From positions 411,556,001 to 411,620,000 of the forward strand of contig OZ024741.1 in NCBI GenBank assembly GCA_964016885.1: DNA of 64,000 bases, in the 5' to 3' direction. Origin of the DNA: Eledone cirrhosa (Eukaryota). The notes under the pieces are model-generated. The model saw only the letters and a list, made by a program, of their open reading frames with translations. It was not told the origin of the DNA and ran no database searches. This document shows positions 51,254 to 64,000 of the stretch, piece by piece. Position numbers and translations under genes: made by a program. Within the stretch, counting starts at the first letter, position 1. Each line of letters starts with the position of its first letter.

Positions 51254-51510
51254 GGAGCCCAGAGAATAGCAGCAGCAACAACAACAACAACAGCGGTAGC
51301 AACAGCAGCAACAACAACTACAACATCAGCAACAACAACAGCAACAACAACAGCAACAACAAAAAGAACAGCAGCAGTAGCCGCAGCAACAACAACAACA
51401 ACAACAGCAACAACAGCAGTAAACTACCCCACGTAGTTTACTGGTTATGTCACTACCAAGAAGAACTCTCCAATATTTGGACTGATCACTGCAGAATACT
51501 GGCTTCCATG
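51254..51510 (+). CDS. Host-gene exon H (phase 1-0): GSPEN, poly-N/S tract, KLPHVVYWLCHYQEELSNIWTDHCRILASM
   Basis: TTTTTTTAG acceptor, ATG|GTAACC donor; a unique island between two large satellites. Confidence 0.78.
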
Positions 51511-51552
51511 GTAACCCTTTATTCCAGTAAATAATTATATTGATGTAACCAG

Positions 51553-54500
51553 CACCACCACCCACTACCCTCAATACCACCACCACCACCCACTACCCTC
51601 AATACCACCACCACCACCCACTACCCTCAATACCACCACCACCACCCACTACCCTCAATATCACCACCACCACCCACTACCCTCAATACCACCACCACCA
51701 CCCACTACCCTCAATACCACCACCACCACCCACTACCCTCAATATCACCACCACCACCCACTACCCTCAATACCACCACCACCACCCACTACCCTCAATA
51801 CCACCACCACCACCCACTACCCTCAATACCACCACCTCCCACTACACTCAATACCACCACCACCACCCACTACCCTCAATACCACCACCTCCCACTACAC
51901 TCAATACCACCACCACCACCCACTACCCTCAATATCACCACCACCACCCACTATCCTCAATACCACCACCACCCACTACCCTCAATACCACCACCACCAC
52001 CCACTATCCTCAATACCACCACCTCCCACTACACTCAATATCACCACCACCACCCACTATCCTCAATACCACCACCTCCCACTACACTCAATACCACCAC
52101 CACCACCCACTACACTCAATACCACCACCCACTACCCTCAATACCACCACCACCACCCACTACCCTCAATACCACCACCTCCCACTACACTCAATACCAC
52201 CACCACCACCCACTACACTCAATACCACCACCACCACCCACTACCCGCAATACCACCACCACCCACTACCCTCAATACCACCACCACCCACTACCCTCAA
52301 TACCACCACCACCACCCACTACCCTCAATACCACCACCCACTACCCTCAATACAAGCACCACCACCCACTACCCTCAATACCACCACCTCCCACTACCCT
52401 CAATACCACCACCTCCCACTACCCTCAATACCACCACCACCACCCACTACCCTCAATACCACCACCACCCACTACCCTCAATACCACCACCACCCACTAC
52501 CCTCAATACCACCACCACCACCCACTACCCTCAATACCACCACCACCTCCCACTACCCTCAATACCACCACCTCCCACTACCCTCAATACCACCACCACC
52601 ACCCACTACCCTCAATACCACCACCCACTACCCTCAATACAAGCACCACCACCCACTACCCTCAATACCACCACCTCCCACTACCCTCAATACCACCACC
52701 ACCCACTAACCTCAATATCACCACCACCACCCACTACCCTCAATACCACCACCACCCACTACCCTCAATACCACCACCACCCACTACCCTCAATACCACC
52801 ACCACCACCCACTACCCTCAATACCACCACCACCTCCCACTACCCTCAATACCACCACCACCCACTACCCTCAATACCACCACCACCACCCACTACCCTC
52901 AATATCACCACCACCACCCACTCCCCTCAATACCACCACCACCACCACCCTCAATACCACCACCACCCACTAACCTCAATATCACCACCACCCACTAACC
53001 TCAATACCACCACCACCTCCCACTACCCTCAATACCACCACCACCCACTACCCTCAATACCACCACCACCACCCACTACCCTCAATACCACCACCACCAC
53101 CCACTACCCTCAATACCACCACCACCCACTACCCTCAATACCACCACCACCACCCACTACCCTCAATACCACCACCACCACCCACTACCCTCAATATCAC
53201 CACCACCACCCACTCCCCTCAATACCACCACCACCACCACCCTCAATACCACCACCACCCACTACCCTCAATACCACCACCACCCACTAACCTCAATATC
53301 ACCACCACCACCCACTACACTCAATACCACCACCACCACCACCCACTACCCTCAATACCACCACCACCACCCACTACACTCAATACCACCACCACCCACT
53401 ACCCTCAATACCACCACCACCCACTAACCTCAATATCACCACCACCACCCACTACACTCAATACCACCACCACCCACTACCCTCAATACCACCACCACCA
53501 CCACCCTCAATACCACCACCACCCACTAACCTCAATATCACCACCACCACCCACTACACTCAATACCACCACCACCACCACCCACTACCCTCAATACCAC
53601 CACCACCCACTAACCTCAATATCACCACCACCACCCACTACACTCAATACCACCACCACCACCACCCACTACCCTCAATACCACCACCACCTCCCACTAC
53701 ACTCAATACCACCACCACCCACTATCCTCAATACCACCACCTCCCACTACACTCAATACCACCACCACCACCCACTAACCTCAATACCACCACCACCACC
53801 ACCCACTACCCTCAATACCACCACCACCCACTACCCTCAATACCACCACCACCCACTACCCTCAAATCCACCACCACCCACTATCCTCAATACCACCACC
53901 ACCACCCACTACCCTCAATACCACCACCACCCACTACCCTCAATACCACCACCACCACCCACTACCCTCAATACCACCACCACCTCCCACTACCCTCAAT
54001 ACCACCACCACCACCCACTACACTCAATACCACCACCACCCACTACCCTCAATACCACCACCACCACCCAGTACCCTCAATACCACCACCACCCACTATC
54101 CTCAATACCACCACCACCACCCACTACCCTCAAATCCACCACCACCCACTATCCTCAATACCACCACCACCACCACCCACTACCCTCAATACCACCACCA
54201 CCACCCACTACCCTCAATACCACCACCACCCACTACCCTCAATACCACCACCACCCACTACACTCAATACCACCACCACCACCACCCACTACACTCAATA
54301 CCACCACCACCACCCACTAACCTCAATACCACCACCACCACCCACTACCCTCAATACCACCACCACCACCCACTACCCTCAATACCACCACCACCACCAC
54401 CCACTACACTCAATACCACCACCACCACCCACTAACCTCAATACCACCACCACCACCCACTACACTCAATACCACCACCACCACCCACTAACCTCAATAC

Positions 54501-57500
54501 CACCACCACCACCACCCACTACACTCAATACCACCACCACCACCCACTACACTCAATACCACCACCACCCACTACACTCAATACCACCACCACCACCCAC
54601 TACCCTCAATACCACCACCACCCACTACACTCAATACCACCACCACCCACTACCCTCAATACCACCACCACCACCCACTACCCTCAATACCACCACCACC
54701 ACCCACTACCCTCAATACCACCACCACCACCCACTACCCTCAATACCACCACCACCCACTACCCTCAATACCACCACCACCTCCCACTACACTCAATACC
54801 ACCACCACCACCCACTACCCTCAATACCACCACCACCACCCACTACCCTCAATACCACCACCACCACCCACTACACTCAATACCACCACCACCCACTACC
54901 CTCAATACCACCACCACCTCCCACTACACTCAATACCACCACCACCACCCACTACACTCAATACCACCACCACCACCCACTATCCTCAATACCACCACCA
55001 CCCACTACCCTCAATACCACCACCACCCACTACACTCAATACCACCACCACCACCCACTACACTCAATACCACCACCACCACCCACTAACCTCAATACCA
55101 CCACCACCACCCACTACCCTCAATACCACCACCACCACCACCCACTACCCTCAATACCACCACCACCCACTACACTCAATATCACCACCTCCCACTACCC
55201 TCAATACAGCCACCACCACCCACTACCCTCAATATCACCACCACCACCCACTACCCTCAATACCACCACCACCACCCACTATCCTCAATACCACCACCCA
55301 CTACCCTCAATACCACCACCACCACCCACTACACTCAATACCACCACCACCACCCACTACCCTCAATACCACCACCACCTCCCACTACACTCAATACCAC
55401 CAACACCACCCACTACCCTCAATATCACCACCACCACCCACTACCCTCAATATCACCACCACCCACTACCCTCAATACCACCACCACCCACTACCCTCAA
55501 TACCACCACCACCACCCACTACCCTCAAAACCACCAACACCACCCACTACCCTCAATACCACCACCACCTCCCACTACACTCAATACCACCACCACCTCC
55601 CACTACACTCAATACCACCACCACCCACTACCCTCAATACCACCACCACCCACTACCCTCAATACCACCACCACCACCCACTACCCTCAAAACCACCAAC
55701 ACCACCCACTACCCTCAATACCACCACCACCTCCCACTACACTCAATACCACCACCACCTCCCACTACACTCAATACCACCACCACCCACTACCCTCAAT
55801 ACCACCACCACCCACTACCCTCAATACCACCACCCACTACCTCAATACCACCACCACCACCCACTACCCTCAATATCACCACCACCACCCACTACCCTCA
55901 ATACCACCACCACCTCCCACTACACTCAATACCACCACCACCACCCACTACCTCAATACCACCAACACCACCCACTACCCTCAATACCACCAACACCACC
56001 CACTACCCTCAATACCACCACCACCTCCCACTACACTCAATACCACCACCACCTCCCACTACACTCAATACCACCACCACCCACTACCCTCAATACCACC
56101 ACCACCCACTACCCTCAATACCACCACCACCACCCACTACACTCAATACCACCACCACCCACTACCCTCAATACCACCACCACCCACTACCCTCAATACC
56201 ACCACCACCACCCACTACCCTCAATACCACCACCACCCACTACCCTCAATACCACCACCACCACCCACTACCCTCAATACCACCACCACCCACTACCCTC
56301 AATACCACCACCCACTACCTCAATACCACCAACACCACCCACTACCCTCAATACCACCACCACCACCCACTACCCTCAATACCACCACCACCTCCCACTA
56401 CACTCAATACCACCACCACCCACTACCCTCAATACCACCACCACCCACTACCCTCAATACCACCACCCACTACCTCAATACCACCACCACCACCCACTAC
56501 CCTCAATATCACCACCCACTACCTCAATACCACCACCACCCACTACCCTCAATACCACCACCACCTCCCACTACACTCAATACCACCACCACCACCCACT
56601 ACACTCAATACCACCACCACCACCCACTACCCGCAATACCACCACCACCCACTACCCTCAATACCACCACCACCCACTACCCTCAATACCACCACCACCC
56701 ACTACCCTCAATACCACCACCACCACCCACTACCCTCAATACCACCACCACCCACTACCCTCAATACCACCACCACCACCCACTACCCTCAATATCACCA
56801 CCACCACCCACTACCCTCAATACCACCACCACCTCCCACTACACTCAATACCACCACCACCACCCACTACCCTCAATACCACCACCACCCACTACCCTCA
56901 ATACCACCACCCACTACCTCAATACCACCAACACCACCCACTACCCTCAATACCACCACCACCACCCACTACCCTCAATACCACCACCACCTCCCACTAC
57001 ACTCAATACCACCACCACCCACTACCCTCAATACCACCACCACCCACTACCCTCAATACCACCACCCACTACCTCAATACCACCACCACCACCCACTACC
57101 CTCAATATCACCACCACCACCCACTACCCTCAATACCACCACCACCTCCCACTACACTCAATACCACCACCACCCACTACCCTCAATACCACCACCACCC
57201 ACTACCCTCAATACCACCACCCACTACCTCAATACCACCACCACCACCCACTACCCTCAATATCACCACCACCACCCACTACCCTCAATACCACCACCAC
57301 CACCCACTACACTCAATACCACCACCACCACACACTACCCTCAATACCACCACCACCACCACCACACTCAATACCACCACCACCACCCACTACCCTCAAT
57401 ACCACCACCACCCACTACCCTCAATACCACCACCACCACCCACTACCCTCAATACCACCACCACCCACTACCCTCAATACCACCACCACCCACTACCCTC

Positions 57501-60500
57501 AATACCACCACCACCTCCCACTACCCTCAATACCACCACCACCCACTACCCTCAATACCACCAACACCCACTACCCTCAATACCACCACCACCACCCACT
57601 ACTTTCAATACCACCACCACCCACTACCCTCAATACCACCACCACCCACTACCCTCAATACCACCACCACCCACTACCCTCAATACCACCACCACCTCCC
57701 ACTACCCTCAATACCACCACCACCCACTACCCTCAATACCACCAACACCCACTACCCTCAATACCACCACCACCACCCACTACTTTCAATACCACCACCA
57801 CCCACTACCCTCAATACCACCACCACCCACTACCCTCAATACCACCACCACCCACTACCCTCAATACCACCACCACCTCCCACTACCCTCAATACCACCA
57901 CCACCCACTACCCTCAATACCACCAACACCCACTACCCTCAATACCACCACCACCACCCACTACTTTCAATACCACCACCACCCACTACCCTCAATACCA
58001 CCACCACCCACTACCCTCAATACCACCACCACCCACTACCCTCAATACCACCACCACCCACTACCCTCAATACCACCACCACCACCCACTACCCTCAATA
58101 CCACCACCACCCACTACCCTCAATACCACCACCACCCACTACCCTCAATACCACCACCACCTCCCACTACCCTCAATACCACCACCACCCACTACCCTCA
58201 ATACCACCACCAACAGCCACTATCCTCAATACCACCACCACCACCCACTACCCTCAATACCACCACCACCTCCCACTACCCTCAATACCACCACCACCAC
58301 CCACTACCCTCAATACCACCACCACCCACTACCCTCAATACCACCACCACCTCCCACTACCCTCAATACCACCACCACCACCCACTACCCTCAATACCAC
58401 CACCACCACCCACTACCCTCAATACCACCACCACCCACTACCCTCAATACCACCACCAACACCCACTACCCTCAATACCACCACCACCACCCACTACCCT
58501 CAATACCACCACCACCTCCCACTACCCTCAATACCACCACCACCACCCACTACCCTCAATACCACCACCACCACCCACTAACCTCAATACCACCACCACC
58601 CACTAACCTCAATACCACCACCACCCACTAACCTCAATACCACCACCACCTCCCACTACCCTCAATACCACCACCACCCACTACCCTCAATACCACCAAC
58701 ACCCACTACCCTCAATACCACCACCACCACCCACTACTTTCAATACCACCACCACCCACTACCCTCAATACCACCACCACCCACTACCCTCAATACCACC
58801 ACCACCCACTACCCTCAATACCACCACCACCCACTACCCTCAATACCACCACCACCACCCACTACCCTCAATACCACCACCACCCACTACCCTCAATACC
58901 ACCACCACCCACTACCCTCAATACCACCACCACCTCCCACTACCCTCAATACCACCACCACCACCCACTACCCTCAATACCACCACCACCACCCACTACC
59001 CTCAATACCACCACCACCCACTACCCTCAATACCACCACCAACACCCACTACCCTCAATACCACCACCACCACCCACTACCCTCAATACCACCACCACCT
59101 CCCACTACCCTCAATACCACCACCACCACCCACTACCCTCAATACCACCACCACCACCCACTAACCTCAATACCACCACCACCCACTAACCTCAATACCA
59201 CCACCACCCACTAACCTCAATACCACCACCACCCACTAACCTCAATACCACCACCACCACCCACTAACCTCAATACCACCACCACCACCCACTACACTCA
59301 ATACCACCACCACCACCCACTACCCTCAATACCACCACCACCACCCACTACCCTCAATACCACCACCACCACCCACTACCCTCAATACCACCACCACCAC
59401 CCACTACCCTCAATACCACCACCACCACCCACTACCCTCAATACCACCACCACCACCCACTAACCTCAATACCACCACCACCACCCACTACACTCAATAC
59501 CACCACCACCTCCCCCTACACTCAATACCACCACCACCACCCACTACCCTCAATACCACCACCACCCACTAACCTCAATACCACCACCACCCACTACCCT
59601 CAATACCACCACCACCTCCCACTACACTCAATACCACCACCACCCACTAACCTCAATACCACCACCACCACCCACTACCCTCAATACCACCACCACCACC
59701 CACTACCCTCAAATCCACCACCACCCACTATCCTCAATACCACCACCACCACCACCCAATACCCTCAATACCACCACCACCCACTATCCTCAATACCACC
59801 ACCACCCACTATCCTCAATACCACCACCACCACCCACTACCCTCAATATCACCACCACCACCCACTATCCTCAATACCACCACCACCCACTATCCTCAAT
59901 ACCACCACCACCACCCACTACCCTCAATATCACCACCACCACCCAATACCCTCAATACCACCACCACCCACTACCCTCAATACCACCACCTCCCACTACC
60001 CTCAATACCACCACCACCCACTACCCTCAATATCACCACCACCACCCACTAACCTCAATACCACCACCACCCACTACCCTCAATACCACCACCACCCACT
60101 ACCCTCAATACCACCACCACCCAATACCCTCAATACCACCACCACCCAATACCCTCAATACCACCACCACCCACTACCCTCAATATCACCACCACCACCC
60201 ACTAACCTCAATACCACCACCACCCACTACCCTCAATACCACCACCACCCACTACCCTCAATACCACCACCACCCAATACCCTCAATACCACCACCACCC
60301 ACTATCCTCAATACCACCACCACCCACTACCCTCAATATCACCACCACCACCCACTACCCTCAATACCACCACCTCCCACTACCCTCAATACCACCACCA
60401 CCCACTACCCTCAATATCACCACCACCACCCACTAACCTCAATACCACCACCACCCACTAACCTCAATACCACCACCACCACCCACTACCCTCAATACCA

Positions 60501-63500
60501 CCACCACCCAATACCCTCAATACCACCACCACCCAATACCCTCAATACCACCACCACCCACTACCCTCAATACCACCACCACCCACTACCCTCAATATCA
60601 CCACCACCACCCACTATCCTCAATACCACCACCTCCCACTACCCTCAATACCACCACCACCCACTACCCTCAATATCACCACCACCACCCACTATCCTCA
60701 ATACCACCACCACCCACTACCCTCAATACCACCACCACCCACTATCCTCAATACCACCACCACCCAATACCCTCAATACCACCACCACCCACTACCCTCA
60801 ATACCACCACCACCCACTACCCTCAATATCACCACCACCACCCACTATCCTCAATACCACCACCACCCACTACCCTCAATACCACCACCACCCACTACCC
60901 TCAATATCACCACCACCACCCACTATCCTCAATACCACCACCTCCCACTACCCTCAATACCACCACCACCCACTAACCTCAATATCACCACCACCACCCA
61001 CTAACCTCAATACCACCACCACCCACTAACCTCAATACCACCACCACCACCCACTACCCTCAATACCACCACCACCCAATACCCTCAATACCACCACCTC
61101 CCACTACCCTCAATACCACCACCACCCACTAACCTCAATATCACCACCACCACCCACTAACCTCAATACCACCACCACCCACTAACCTCAATACCACCAC
61201 CACCACCCACTACCCTCAATACCACCACCACCCAATACCCTCAATACCACCACCACCCACTATCCTCAATACCACCACCACCCACTAACCTCAATATCAC
61301 CACCACCACCCACTATCCTCAATACCACCACCACCCACTACCCTCAATACCACCACCACCCACTACCCTCAATATCACCACCACCACCCACTATCCTCAA
61401 TACCACCACCACCCACTAACCTCAATACCACCACCACCCACTACCCTCAATACCACCACCACCCACTAACCTCAATATCACCACCACCACCCACTATCCT
61501 CAATACCACCACCACCCACTACCCTCAATATCACCACCACCACCCACTATCCTCAATACCACCACCACCCACTAACCTCAATACCACCACCACCCACTAC
61601 CCTCAATACCACCACCACCCACTAACCTCAATACCACCACCACCACCCACTAACCTCAATATCACCACCACCACCCACTACCCTCAATACCACCACCACC
61701 CACTACCCTCAATACCACCACCACCCAATACCCTCAATACCACCACCACCCACTACCCTCAATACCACCACCACCCACTAACCTCAATACCACCACCACC
61801 CACTAACCTCAATACCACCACCACCCAATACCCTCAATACCACCACCACCCAATACCCTCAATACCACCACCACCCAATACCCTCAATACCACCACCACC
61901 CACTAACCTCAATACCACCACCACCCACTAACCTCAATACCACCACCACCCACTATCCTCAATACCACCACCACCCACTACCCTCAATATCACCACCACC
62001 ACCCACTATCCTCAATACCACCACCACCCACTAACCTCAATACCACCACCACCCACTATCCTCAATACCACCACCACCCACTACCCTCAATATCACCACC
62101 ACCACCCACTATCCTCAATACCACCACCTCCCACTACCCTCAATACCACCACCACCCAATACCCTCAATACCACCACCACCCACTACCCTCAATACCACC
62201 ACCACCCACTAACCTCAATACCACCACCACCCAATACCCTCAATACCACCACCACCCACTACCCTCAATACCACCACCACCCACTAACCTCAATACCACC
62301 ACCACCCACTACCCTCAATACCACCACCACCCACTAACCTCAATATCACCACCACCACCCACTATCCTCAATACCACCACCACCCACTAACCTCAATACC
62401 ACCACCACCCACTAACCTCAATACCACCACCACCCACTAACCTCAATATCACCACCTCCCACTACCCTCAATACCACCACCACCACCCACTACCCTCAAT
62501 ACCACCACCACCCACTACCCTCAATAACACCACCACCCACTAACCTCAATATCACCACCACCACCCACTATCCTCAATACCACCACCACCCACTACCCTC
62601 AATACCACCACCACCCACTATCCTCAATACCACCACCACCCACTAACCTCAATATCACCACCACCACCCACTATCCTCAATACCACCACCACCCACTACC
62701 CTCAATACCACCACCACCCACTAACCTCAATACCACCACCACCCACTACCCTCAATACCACCACCACCCACTAACCTCAATATCACCACCACCACCCACT
62801 ATCCTCAATACCACCACCACCCACTACCCTCAATACCACCACCACCACCCACTACCCTCAATACCACCACCACCCAATACCCTCAATACCACCACCACCC
62901 ACTATCCTCAATACCACCACCACCCACTAACCTCAATATCACCACCACCACCCACTATCCTCAATACCACCACCACCCACTAACCTCAATATCACCACCA
63001 CCACCCACTATCCTCAATACCACCACCACCCACTAACCTCAATACCACCACCACCCACTACCCTCAATACCACCACCACCCACTACCCTCAATACCACCA
63101 CCACCCAATACCCTCAATACCACCACCACCCACTATCCTCAATACCACCACCACCACCCACTATCCTCAATACCACCACCACCACCACCCACTATCCTCA
63201 ATACCACCACCACCACCACCCACTAACCTCAATATCACCACCACCACCCACTATCCTCAATACCACCACCACCACCACCCACTACCCTCAATACCACCAC
63301 CACCCACTATGCTCAATACCACCACCACCACCACCCACTACCCTCAATACCACCACCACCACCCACTACCCTCAATACCACCACCACCCACTACCCTCAA
63401 TACCACCACCACCACCCACTACACTCAATCCCACCAACACCACCCACTACCCTCAATACCACCACCACCACCCACTACCCTCAATACCACCACCACCACC

Positions 63501-64000
63501 CACTACACTCAATCCCACCACCACCACCCACTACCCTCAATACCACCACCACCACCCACTACACTCAATACCACCACCACCCACTACCCTCAATACCACC
63601 ACCACCACCCACTACCCTCAATACCACCACCACCACCCATTACCCTCAATATCACCACCACCCACTACCCTCAATACCACCACCACCACCCACTACCCTC
63701 AATACCACCACCACCCACTACCCTCAATACCACCACCACCACCACCCACTACACTCAATACCACCACCACCACCCACTACCCTCAATACCACCACCACCA
63801 CCCACTACACTCAATACCACCACCACCACCCACTAACCTCAATACCACCACCACCACCCACTACACTCAATACCACCACCACCACCCACTAACCTCAATA
63901 CCACCACCACCACCACCCACTACCCTCAATACCACCACCACCACCCACTACCCTCAATACCACCACCACCACCCACTACCCTCAATACCACCACCACCAC
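51553..64000. repeat. 24/27-bp satellite CCACTACCCTCAATA(CCA)nC; runs off the right edge
   Basis: Read directly; unit length varies in steps of CCA; the + strand is almost G-free. Confidence 0.97.

Overview
AT-rich, repeat-dominated eukaryotic (metazoan) DNA. The repeat families resemble those I recall from Octopus genomes, which is an inference. The window lies inside one + strand gene. I reconstructed 8 phase-compatible GT-AG exons (16641-16832, 21946-22303, 29600-29916, 30417-30509, 33030-33137, 33791-33868, 43219-43333, 51254-51510; 1518 nt, 506 aa, no stop; tentatively KIAA0825-like). About 65% of the window is tandem arrays, and the arrays differ from intron to intron (12-, 76-, 58-, 48-, 21-, ~13- and 24/27-bp units). 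The rest is transposon debris: an RTE LINE, a Tx1/L1 3' fragment with a 20-bp TSD in a (TC)n tract, MITEs, SINEs, and four Penelope-like (PLE) pieces next to (TA)n. The PLE pseudo-LTRs carry six hammerhead ribozyme (HHR) motifs plus one half-motif. These include a U3-A8 core variant, a tandem pair bounding a 1173-nt unit, and two host-sense copies that each have an upstream antisense partner. The 48-bp satellite is homologous to a tandem dimer in the RTE 3' UTR. Most long ORFs in the supplied track are artefacts of stop-free repeats.
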